DNA from: Candidatus Marinacidobacterales bacterium
GTDB lineage: Bacteria; Acidobacteriota; Vicinamibacteria; Marinacidobacterales; SMYC01
Direction of reading: 5' to 3'
Assembly: GCA_965224085.1 (NCBI GenBank)
Contig: CBDCYI010000005.1
Location: 288,001-352,000, forward strand
DNA: 64,000 bases
This document shows positions 42,801-50,638 of this stretch, piece after piece (positions within the stretch are counted from its first letter, which is position 1; each line of letters begins with the position of its first letter). The position numbers and the translations under genes are program-made. A model generated the notes under the pieces. It was not told the DNA's origin. It saw only the letters and a program-made list of their open reading frames with translations, and did no database searches.

Positions 42801-43041
42801 CCTCGATGGTCGCGTCTTCTTCACTCCCTTCGGAAACGCTGTCCGTTACCCTCAGGGCACGCTGAGTGGGCCGACGCGCGTTCAGCGGGAGCGGCTGGCG
42901 TCGCTCACCCGGCAGCTGGACGAGCAGCTGGAGTTGCTGAACCGGCTTAGCCAAACCGCGGTTTCGGATCTAAACCGCCAGATGAACGAGGCGAACCTGT
43001 CCCATATCAAGGTGGGTGCACCGGTGCGCAGGCCGCGTTAG
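39880..43041 (+). CDS. VPS10/sortilin-like BNR (Asp-box) repeat glycosyl-hydrolase-like protein, paralog A1
   Basis: RSIGPAVMGGR, many S/TxDGGxTW Asp-boxes, VHGDHH, GAQD, GTHGRS; ATG 39880 behind GGAGG. Confidence 0.9.
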   Translation: MRGARVFFWRLNLALVVTVGLLCSPNRAQAQLVDETILDNLLLRSIGPAVMGGRIHDLAVVEDRPWIFYIGSASGGLWKTTNNGTTWDPVFDDQGTSSIGDLALAPSDPEIVWVGTGEPNNRQSSSFGDGVYKSTDGGKTWKHVGLRDTHHVGRIVIHPQDPDTVYVAALGHLWGPNEERGLFKTTDGGNTWEKILYIDEDTGVVNVAMDPVNPRILYAAAYQRRRTPWGFSGGGPGSGLYKSSDGGKTWKKLTEGIPDGPTGRIGIDVYRSDPRILYALIENREGGVFRSEDRGESWKRVNELNPRPMYYSQIWIDPSDSRHVYVLGGPFYVSDDGGRTFEQNTAMTPTFDVGVHGDHHVLWIDPANGKHLILGSDGGLYFSWDRSRTWDKVNNLPIAQFYAVGVDMQKPYFIYGGAQDTHSWGGPSATRHHIGIINSDWVQIGPGDGMYQQVDPADPNIIYTESQGGDIVRLNHKTGDRKDIKPHPGDGESEYRFHWTSPILISPHDPKTVYLGGNRLFISKDRGETWTATEDLTRAEERDKLPIMGVVPDETTLSRHDGVAAWGTITTVAESPLTPGLLYVGTDDGIVHVSRDGGRTWTSLQDRFAGVNEERATVSRVVASHAEPGRGYVTFDRHQLDDFSPYVFTTDDYGNTWKSIAGNLPRVGWVNVLAEHPRNPNLLFVGTETGLFVSLDRGNRWIRLTGNFPTVPVDDLVIHPRDNDLVVGTHGRSIYILDDLAPLEQLSEEVLASEVHLFDIRPAMEFVLVKHESYGAQRQFIGANPPFGAVISYYLKSEPAGDVELSIVDRSGKALREISGTKHSGVNRVSWDLRLAAPEGVDQAVGPLVPPGRYTVRLKLGKKELAKPLEVEADPLFPVPEEEQVARYEFLVTVNGLRQTIQEAIDSTEAISEQVQSLLEGTQGDPEAPEAVISAARTIAEESEKIRRALAGDGVAPFFAGQSLRSRANRLFTNLDGRVFFTPFGNAVRYPQGTLSGPTRVQRERLASLTRQLDEQLELLNRLSQTAVSDLNRQMNEANLSHIKVGAPVRRPR

Positions 43042-43133
43042 GTTAGGCCATAGCTGCTCCGCAACGTCGCCGAAACCTTCGTGTACTTCCGCTGACGGTA
43101 CTTTCGACTGACACTCCCGGCCGAAGGCATTTT

Positions 43134-44522
43134 TCATGATATGGATTGATCGGGAACGAGGCTGAAGCCGAGTCGGGTAGCTTTGCGTCGGAGATTACTC
43201 AGGAGGCGTTGCTGGTATTGCCTTTCATAGGCGTCCTGACCGAGCTCAATGAACTCCTCTCCAGTCGCAAGCATGCGGAAGTAGATGGTCGCTATTTTAC
43301 GGGCGGTAGCTGTGATGGCCTTTGGAGCACCTCGTCGCGATCGGATTCGTCGATAGAAAGCGCCGAGCGCGGTTTGGGTATTGCGGACAGCGCACGCGGC
43401 GAGGCGAAAGAGTTTTGCAGCACGACTGGAGCTCATTGGGGTTGCCCGGCGAAAGATTCGACCAGCGGACTCCTTATTATTCGGTGCGAGAGCTAGCCAT
43501 GAGGTGAAGTGCTTGTCACTTTTCCACGGGCTCATGTCGCAACCGGTTTCTCCTACGAGCTGCAGAACGGCATAGCTACCTAAGCCGGGAACCCTGGTTA
43601 GGTCCACCCCCGTGAGTCCCAATAGAGACTCAGCGAGCGGAAAGCGCGGCCCGTTGCCGCTACGCGCTCGCCGTGTCCGTGGTTTCGGCTTAGGCCGAGC
43701 GTCCTGAGGCCGGGTCTCCAATTTGGACAGGCATCTCTCGATCCGCTTGTCACAGTCTTCCATTTTCTCTTGATAGAAATCGTACAACTCCACCGACTGT
43801 TGAAGAGCGAAAACATGCTCGCTCCGATAGTTACCTTCTAAGGCTTTCGCGATCGTGGCCTCATCGTTGTGGCAACGTTCATGCCTCAGTTTTGCTAGGT
43901 CACGAGGATCTCGCTCTCCTCTCAAGATCGCTCGGATGATCGCAAGGCCGGTGACTCCGGTCACGTCGCGCAGGACGTGTTGTAGCTGGAGCCCCATTTG
44001 GTTGAGCGCTTTGTGCATATGCTGAATGTGGCGAGCCGCTGACTCCACCAGCGAGCTTCGTTGGCGGGTGTATGCCCTTAGCTCGCAAATCGCCGATTCC
44101 GGCCGAAAGGTTTTTGGGAGTAGCCCGAATGTATGCAGCTGTTGCAGCCACTCCGCATCCGACACGTCTGACTTGCGCCCAGATACGTTTTTCACTTTGC
44201 GAGCATCGACCAGATAGACTTCAAATCCCTCGTCTTCCAACAACTCGTACAGTGAAATCCAATAAACTCCGGTCGACTCCATCGCCACCGTGCACACGCC
44301 GCACGCCTTCAGCCAATTGGCCAGCTCTCGCAGCGAGCATACAAAGCTCTGAAACGTGCGGACATGTTCGCCCTCAGGAGTGCGCCCCTTCGGGACTGCC
44401 GCCACGATTGACTCCGCTCCAATATCAATCCCTGCAGCATCTAGATTTACCGTGTCGAGCTCGTGCTCCAATTTTTTCCGTCTTGCTTGACGACTGCTTT
44501 TTGTCCTGACGCGACGTGCCAT
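43134..44522 (-). CDS. IS110-family DEDD recombinase (transposase)
   Basis: AAGIDIG, AMESTGVYW, RKSDVSDA (DEDD); ESAG catalytic Ser motif; KAITATARK; AAGGAG RBS. Confidence 0.95.
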   Translation of the reverse strand: MARRVRTKSSRQARRKKLEHELDTVNLDAAGIDIGAESIVAAVPKGRTPEGEHVRTFQSFVCSLRELANWLKACGVCTVAMESTGVYWISLYELLEDEGFEVYLVDARKVKNVSGRKSDVSDAEWLQQLHTFGLLPKTFRPESAICELRAYTRQRSSLVESAARHIQHMHKALNQMGLQLQHVLRDVTGVTGLAIIRAILRGERDPRDLAKLRHERCHNDEATIAKALEGNYRSEHVFALQQSVELYDFYQEKMEDCDKRIERCLSKLETRPQDARPKPKPRTRRARSGNGPRFPLAESLLGLTGVDLTRVPGLGSYAVLQLVGETGCDMSPWKSDKHFTSWLALAPNNKESAGRIFRRATPMSSSRAAKLFRLAACAVRNTQTALGAFYRRIRSRRGAPKAITATARKIATIYFRMLATGEEFIELGQDAYERQYQQRLLSNLRRKATRLGFSLVPDQSIS

Positions 44523-44544
44523 TTCTCGCTCCTTTCGGCGCAAC

Positions 44545-44765
44545 CAGGAGAGAGGGGCGATTCAAAACATTCTTTCGAACGGGGTCATGCCTCGCGACAT
44601 GCCACCACGGATACTCCCGCTAACCCTCCAGACCTTGCTGTCAAACGGGCACTGAGCACCATCGTACCTTCGGCCTTGACTCCCGGCTGCACTCGATCGG
44701 AGTCTACTTCCTCCCACAGATCTCAAAGGGTCAGTCTCCGATTACCTTCGCCCGCCCGGGCGATG
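44545..44765 (-). ncRNA. Putative IS110 bridge RNA
   Basis: Structured leader (ATCGGAG...CTCCGAT stem; CCCG...CGGG stem) with loop TTGACAGCAA (44635-44644) identical to the flank at 44769-44778. Confidence 0.6.
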
Positions 44766-44846
44766 CCATTGCTGTCAAGTTGAGCTGGTGACTGACATGA
44801 GCATGAATAGCGTCGACCGATGATCGTCCGGCGCGACCTCCAGTAA

Positions 44847-44886
44847 GTCAATGGCGCGACAGGTTCTCGTCAATGGCGCGACAGGT
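44847..44886 (+). repeat. Perfect 18-bp direct repeat GTCAATGGCGCGACAGGT x2 (22-bp period)
   Basis: 44847-44864 and 44869-44886; a third partial GGCGCGAC at 44830-44837. Confidence 0.85.
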
Positions 44887-45082
44887 CCGGGTCTAGTCTG
44901 CGAGCCACTCGCCGGAAGATTGTTTCCGCTTTGGCAGATGCGGACTTGGCGAACCTGGCAAAGCGTAGAGGACGCTGGGAGAACGACTCGCAACGAGCGG
45001 AGAATGTCCTCAGCTTGAAGGACGAATTGAGTGGCAACGACCTCCTCCAGGGCAAGTTGTACGAGGTGACTGCCACCGGGGG

Positions 45083-45345
45083 CATGGACTCCCCACGCCG
45101 GATCAAGAGAAAACGTTCTTCGTAATAGTCATCCGCGATTCGCTTTTTTTGTGGGCCACCGGGAGGGGTCGTAAAGGGTTCCTTGTCGAAGCATCGCAAT
45201 GGCGATGGGGAGAATGCGGTCCATGACGCCTCTGAGAGCTCTGGCATGGCTGTGGCCTCTGTCACGAAGCCGGTCGTAGTGTTCTTTGAAGTGGGGGTCG
45301 TGCAAAACGGCAGTGCGTGCCCAATGGTGGAGAGCATTATTGAGG
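45083..45345 (-). mobile_element. Remnant of a second, different IS110-family element (transposase C-terminus and right end)
   Basis: NALHHWARTAVLHDP..YDRLRDRGHSHARALRGVMDR..AMLRQGTLYDP; terminal GTGGGGAGTCCAT. Confidence 0.7.
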
Positions 45346-45564
45346 GGCAAAGAGCGAGCTCTCCTTCATTTCCGCCAGCGCATGTGATGTTTCATCGGCC
45401 CCTGTACTGGCGCTCGAAGCGCAACTCCCCACTGGATGTCCATCACAAAAGAATTGCCGGCACGCATGTCCATTCCTGGCGCTAGGAGCGCAGGGCGACG
45501 TATGGCGTTGCCGGCAAGCTGCTGACGAAATCGAAAATAGTCCAAGCTCATCGTGATATTTGCT

Positions 45565-45981
45565 CTACCATGGCAATCGGAGTTGTCGCGCGATGCCACG
45601 AGTTCGTGCTCGGTTTTTTCTCGGTAGTTTCGGGCGAAGCACGTCCGAGAGTTTTTCTCGAATGTAAAGAACATAAGGCGGGTCTAGATATTGACTTTGC
45701 ACTTCCTGGAGCACAGGTGAAAAATAACGAAGGGAGCGAATGGGCTGCAGTGGCTCCTCATGTTCTTGTAGCTCCCTACGAGCGCAACCCAGAAGTAGGG
45801 CACACTCGAATTCGTGTAACGGGACTCCTTGGCGGTAGAGCTGCGTCGCGATGAAGCGGTCGTCGCGCCGTGGCCGCTCAGGTGTGTTCGGAATGGAAAG
45901 ATAGAGGTCCAAAATCGTCCGGACGTAATTGTTTTCTGTCAGAGCATCGCTCGTGAGCGGTTCATTACCCAGCTTCGACAT
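45565..45981 (-). CDS. Mobile-element-associated hypothetical protein
   Basis: YVRTILDLY..PNTP.RP..DRFIA..L...GVPL..ALLLG..RR..PIRSLRYF; overlaps the upstream Zn-finger gene; function unknown. Confidence 0.65.
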   Translation of the reverse strand: MSKLGNEPLTSDALTENNYVRTILDLYLSIPNTPERPRRDDRFIATQLYRQGVPLHEFECALLLGCARRELQEHEEPLQPIRSLRYFSPVLQEVQSQYLDPPYVLYIREKLSDVLRPKLPRKNRARTRGIARQLRLPW

Positions 45982-46378
45982 CCTTTAGCCTCCCGCGTCG
46001 GCCGCAGATACAGCATTTGGCATATCTGATACTGTCAATCTTCGTTTTCATTGAATGAGCCATCGGGCCACTAGCTTGAATTTCACGAACTCCTAGACTG
46101 CCAGAATTACTGGGGTGAATGAACCCTTGCTCCGTCACTATTTTCGCCGCCTGGCGTAGACGATAATTCTGTTGCCGAGCCGCGTGGAGTTTTCGTGAGT
46201 TGAAACCTTTCTGGTAATTTCGGTTATTTTCGCGCTGGTTCTCTCGCCGGGTTTCGTCACGGCAGGTTGGACCGCAGTAGCACTGTCCCTGGTAACATGA
46301 CTTGCAGATGAAGAAAGGCATCCCACAGCTTTTGTTGCGGCAGAAAAGCCGGAGAAGAACGACAGGTTTGGTGGCCAT
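45965..46378 (-). CDS. Cys-rich zinc-finger protein of the type seen in IS21-like/integrative elements
   Basis: C..C...FFICKSCYQGQCYCGPTCR...RENNRNYQ...HAARQQNYR and C-terminal CCICG; start uncertain. Confidence 0.65.
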   Translation of the reverse strand: MATKPVVLLRLFCRNKSCGMPFFICKSCYQGQCYCGPTCRDETRRENQRENNRNYQKGFNSRKLHAARQQNYRLRQAAKIVTEQGFIHPSNSGSLGVREIQASGPMAHSMKTKIDSIRYAKCCICGRRGRLKDVEAG

Positions 46379-46543
46379 TCGGAACTCAGCAAAGTGCTGG
46401 ACGATGGCCGCCCGGATGTGAGAGGCTAGCTTCAACTTGTAGTGGAGCGCCTCCTCCGGGGGCCATCCAAACATCAGAGCCCCGGTCGTTTGTAGCGGCT
46501 GGGGCTCACTATTGTCGCACAGCAGGTTCACCCTCTTCTTGCC

Positions 46544-46613
46544 GGCGCGAGACGATCTGACTGACTCGCGCCAAAGGCGCGAGAGGATGCTGGCCTCGCG
46601 CCAGAGGCGCGGG
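46544..46613. repeat. Tandem palindromes CTCGCGCC-N3-GGCGCG(A/G)G (30-bp period)
   Basis: 46565-46583 perfect, 46595-46613 near-perfect, half-site at 46544-46551. Confidence 0.75.
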
Positions 46614-46735
46614 ATGAGGCCTTGTACACAGACATTTCCTACCGACTCTTCCCGCAACACACGCTTTCGCTGCACTGATGCTTCGGCAAGCGTACAGGGC
46701 GACAAGACAACCCATCTTTTGCACGAGGCGCGCCT

Positions 46736-46812
46736 GTAAGCTCGAAATCAAGAACGCGAAACACAAGATTGCTTACTACTTCCAAACGTGCCAGGGTATG
46801 CGTACCGAACGC
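46736..46812 (+). repeat. Dispersed ~75-bp repeat, copy 2
   Basis: Aligns with 20517-20590; contains the GTAAGC...GCTTAC inverted pair. Confidence 0.85.
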
Positions 46813-46836
46813 GCAGCCAGAGGCAACGTCCACGCA

Positions 46837-49800
46837 TCATTGCTGCGCAGCGGTTCGCGCCGGATCCGCCTCCTGACCGCTGACCGCCTCTTCCGTCAGC
46901 GTCTGGTCCAGCAAGCGCAGTTGCTCCATCACGTGCGCCGATAGATCCTCGAACACGGCATACATCTGCTGGGTCGGTCTCGCGGCCGCCCCTCCCACGA
47001 CCCCAGTGAGCACCGCTAGCCGGTTGTTCAACCCCATGGGGAGCAGGTTGAACGTTGGCTTGGGACCGACGGCGCGCGTCAATGCGCCCTCGATCGCGCT
47101 CAGCTTTTCCCTGGCGCTCGCCGCCGCTGCATCGCCACCGGCGGCCCGCTCCTCCAATTGGCGACGTGCCTCGCGCAGCCGTTCGACCGCGTCGGTCACT
47201 GCCGAGAGCTGATCGCGAATTTGGACCATGAGCTCGAACTGCGCCCGGAGGTCGTCGTCGGTTGGCGCAACCCGTGGGTCCTTCCGGATCTCGAACCAGC
47301 GCTCGTACTCCTGCCCACCCACGGACAGCCGTGTGCCGTAGCGGCCCGGCGGCGCGGTCGGCGCCTGCGCGCGCGGGTACTCCCTACGCAAGAGCGATTG
47401 CGAAGTCAGATCGAGAATCGCCCCGTCGGGGGGTAGCTCGCGTGCGTTGGGATAGCGCATGTCCCACACGAACCGGTTCATCCCCGCGTCGGCCGGCATC
47501 CACAGATCGTCGTCCGCCTGGCTCGAGAATCGCCGAATCTCCTCGCCCTTCGCGTCCAAAATCGTCAGCGTTGCCTCGCCCGACGGCGGTTGCTTCAGGT
47601 AGTAATCGATCATCACGCCTTCGGGTGGATTCTCACCCGCGTTGAGGAAGAACCGCTTGACCCGGCCATCGGGACCTCGTCGGTCCTCGAACCCGACGAT
47701 GTCTCGGGCGCGGGCGAACTGGATGCCCGGACGGAACGACCGCATTGGGGAGAGCGACCGCACGGGCAGGTGGCGGTCGGTCGGCGCGATCTCGAACAGA
47801 TGCGTCGAGGCTGTCGTCACCTCGCGAGTGATCTGGCGCAAAGCCGTCACGTTGTCCATGATCCAGAACCCCCGGCCGTGCGTCGCCAGAACCAGATCGT
47901 TGTTCTTGACGAGCATGTAGAAGACCGGAACCGCAGGCAGGTTGCGCTGAAGCGACTGCCAGGACGTACCCGCGTCGAAGGACACGTACACGCCCGTTTC
48001 CGTCCCGGCATACAGCAGTCCCGGGTGAGCGGGATCCTCGCGAATCACCCGCGCGAAATCCTCGTCGCGAATCCCGTTCGTGATCTTTTCCCACGTGTGA
48101 CCGTAGTCCGTCGTTTTGTAGAAGTAAGGAGCCCGGTCGCTGACCTTGTAGCGGTTAGCCGCCAGATACGCCGTGCCGCGATCGTGCGGAGACACCTCGA
48201 TGGTGCTGATCGTTGTCCACTCGGGCATGTCCTTCGGCGAGACGTCGTTCCAGGTCTCCCCTCCATCCTTTGTCATATGAACCATGCTGTCGTCCGTGCC
48301 GACCCACAGCTCGCCTTTTTCGAGCAGTGACTCCGAAAGGGCCTGCGCCAGACTGACCCAGTACGACGAGGCCGACTGTGTATGGAGGGGGCCGCCCGCT
48401 ATCTTCTGCATCTTATCCTGCCGGTTGGTCGTGATGTCTGGACTGATGGGCTCCCAGGAGTCTCCCTCATCGGTCGTTCGAAAGACATGGTTGCCGGCGG
48501 TGTACAGAACGTTTGGATCGTGAGGCGACAGCAGGATCGGGAAGTTGTAGAAGAAGCGGTACTTCACGTCCTTGAGCGCAAACGTGAACTGGTCGTCGGG
48601 CCAAACGGTGATGTTCCGGGCCTGTCCCGTCCGTCGGTCGTAGCGCGTAATGCGGGTCCGATCGCCGGCGTACACGACGCTGCCATTGGGCTTGACGGCC
48701 GTCTGCCCGCCCTCGCCGCCGGGAATCACCTCCCACCCGATGGCAGCACTGTCGGTCCGGCTCGGCACCGAGACGTGCGAATTGTCGTTCTGGGCCGCGT
48801 AGAGCCGATAGGGCACCTGATCGTCGATGGCAAGACCGAACAGTTCGGGCGTGGGTTGATTGTGTATGGTCGACCACGTGGCGCCGCCATTGAGCGTCAC
48901 CGTGGCGCCGCCGTCGTTTCCCTCGATCATCCGCTGCGGGTTCCGCGGATCGATCCAAAGTGCGTGGTTGTCGCCGTGCGGCGTCGGTAGGGTTTTGAAC
49001 GTCTTGCCGCCATCCGTCGATTTCCAGAGCTGGTAGGACGGGAGATACACTGTGTCTGGGTCTCGTGTGTCGGCGGTCACGTGCATGTACGACGGGGCGT
49101 TACGTCGGAAATCGCGTCTTTCGTTGATCCGTTGCCAGGTCTGTCCGCTGTCGTCCGAGCGGAACAGGGCACCGTCTTCCGCCTCGATGATCGCCCAGAC
49201 GCGGCTCGGACGCGGCGGCGAGACCGCGATGCCGATTTTCCCGACCACCCCCTGCGGCAAGCCTGGATTGCGAGTAATGTCGGTCCATGTATCACCACCG
49301 TCGGTCGTCTTGAACAGGCCGCTGTCGGGTCCCCCGCTGATCTGGTCCCACGGAAGACGCTGCAGTTGATTGAGCGACGCGTAGAGCACATTGGGGTTCG
49401 TCGGGTCCATCGAGAGGTCGAGCGCGCTCGCCCGCTCGCTTTTGTACAGGACCTGCTCCCATGTCTTGCCACCGTCCTTCGTGCGATAGACACCCCGCTC
49501 GGGGTTGGTCCCGAAGATATCGCCCGCCGCCGCCACATATACGATGTTCGGATTCGTGGGATGAATCCGGACCTTCGCGATGTGCCGGGTTTCCCTGAGC
49601 CCTACGTGGGTCCACGTCCGTCCGCCGTCGGTCGACTTGTACACCCCGTCGCCAGGTGTCAGGTCCTGTCGCATTAGCGATTCGCCCATGCCGACGTACA
49701 CAACGGCGGGGTTCGACAGCGACACGTCGATCGCCCCTACGGGCGCCGTCTTGAAGAAACCGTCGGACACGTTCCGCCAGTAGGTGCCCGCGTCAGTGGT

Positions 49801-50073
49801 CTTCCAGACCCCGCCATGTGTCGACCCGAAGTAGAAGACCAGTGGATCTTGCGGGTCCGCCACGACCGCTATCGAACGGCCCCCTCGGTGCGGGCCAATC
49901 GACCGCCATTCGAGTGCGGCGAGAAAGCTCGGATCCACGCTTGGATAGTCGGCCGCCTGGGCTGCGCCCGAGGCGCTGGCTCTGGATTGCCGAGAGTAGC
50001 CCCATTCCGCAGCGACGAGCAGACACGCCGCCGATATCAACGCCACACCGAATCTAGCAGTTCTCTTTTTCAT
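46837..50073 (-). CDS. VPS10/BNR-repeat glycosyl-hydrolase-like protein, paralog B1
   Basis: WRSIGPHRGGRS, Asp-boxes, PHGDNH, AAQND, GGEGG, ATHGRGFW; ATG 50073 behind AAGGA. Confidence 0.9.
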   Translation of the reverse strand: MKKRTARFGVALISAACLLVAAEWGYSRQSRASASGAAQAADYPSVDPSFLAALEWRSIGPHRGGRSIAVVADPQDPLVFYFGSTHGGVWKTTDAGTYWRNVSDGFFKTAPVGAIDVSLSNPAVVYVGMGESLMRQDLTPGDGVYKSTDGGRTWTHVGLRETRHIAKVRIHPTNPNIVYVAAAGDIFGTNPERGVYRTKDGGKTWEQVLYKSERASALDLSMDPTNPNVLYASLNQLQRLPWDQISGGPDSGLFKTTDGGDTWTDITRNPGLPQGVVGKIGIAVSPPRPSRVWAIIEAEDGALFRSDDSGQTWQRINERRDFRRNAPSYMHVTADTRDPDTVYLPSYQLWKSTDGGKTFKTLPTPHGDNHALWIDPRNPQRMIEGNDGGATVTLNGGATWSTIHNQPTPELFGLAIDDQVPYRLYAAQNDNSHVSVPSRTDSAAIGWEVIPGGEGGQTAVKPNGSVVYAGDRTRITRYDRRTGQARNITVWPDDQFTFALKDVKYRFFYNFPILLSPHDPNVLYTAGNHVFRTTDEGDSWEPISPDITTNRQDKMQKIAGGPLHTQSASSYWVSLAQALSESLLEKGELWVGTDDSMVHMTKDGGETWNDVSPKDMPEWTTISTIEVSPHDRGTAYLAANRYKVSDRAPYFYKTTDYGHTWEKITNGIRDEDFARVIREDPAHPGLLYAGTETGVYVSFDAGTSWQSLQRNLPAVPVFYMLVKNNDLVLATHGRGFWIMDNVTALRQITREVTTASTHLFEIAPTDRHLPVRSLSPMRSFRPGIQFARARDIVGFEDRRGPDGRVKRFFLNAGENPPEGVMIDYYLKQPPSGEATLTILDAKGEEIRRFSSQADDDLWMPADAGMNRFVWDMRYPNARELPPDGAILDLTSQSLLRREYPRAQAPTAPPGRYGTRLSVGGQEYERWFEIRKDPRVAPTDDDLRAQFELMVQIRDQLSAVTDAVERLREARRQLEERAAGGDAAAASAREKLSAIEGALTRAVGPKPTFNLLPMGLNNRLAVLTGVVGGAAARPTQQMYAVFEDLSAHVMEQLRLLDQTLTEEAVSGQEADPARTAAQQ

Positions 50074-50399
50074 GGCACGTTCCTTTCGCCAGAGGGCATC
50101 CTGCAAAAGAAGGCCGTGGTTGACCTTGGCCAAGAGTATCCGTCGAAGGGGTTGGCATTCGCCCCTTCCGCCCTTGAACTTGACGTTAAGGCGGATGCAG
50201 ATGATGCGCCCGGCACGATGGAATAGGCGCGGCCTTACGCGCCGGAACGTAGCACGGCCAGTCCTTGAAATCAAAATTCGCAGGGAGTGTTAATAGGCAG
50301 ACCCTGATACTGGCGATGGCCCTACCGGACCGTCCGCAAAATCGGGGCAACGTCAGTTTGCGTTCATACCATGCACTGGGGTAGCGTGTGCGCCGCGTG

Positions 50400-50586
50400 A
50401 CCTTGACGGCCCGCCAGCGACCTCTGCACGCGGTTCCGCGGAAGTAGGATCTTCATCCCGGCACGAGGTTTGAGCGTGGCGGGCGTTCCCGATGAGTTCA
50501 TCATGGCTGCAGCACACGTGACTGAGAGTCAGGCAGAGACCAATCGGAGGACATGATGATGGTAAGGTCGAGAATCCAGTGGGTAA
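50400..50586 (+). other. Structured leader plus RBS and truncated ORF start, possibly an orphan IS110 left end
   Basis: Hairpins CGCGG-TT-CCGCG, GGAT-CTTC-ATCC, GATGA-GT-TCATC, TGACT-GAG-AGTCA; GGAGG then ATG 50553, cut off at the start of the duplicated block. Confidence 0.35.
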
Positions 50587-50638
50587 GCAAGGCTCACCAA
50601 GCCTGTTTATCTCTGTAAACAAACGTCTGGAGGAAGGC

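Larger units (their letters stand above)
43094..44771 (-). mobile_element. IS110-family insertion sequence with ~250-nt non-coding leader
   Basis: Intact recombinase; ends delimited by homology to the mini-element and by where homology with the paralogous locus breaks (43096 vs 53899). Exact ends uncertain by a few bp. Confidence 0.8.

Noticed and set aside
44847-44886. CRISPR array
   Set aside because: Only two 18-bp repeats with a 4-bp gap; no spacers and no cas genes.
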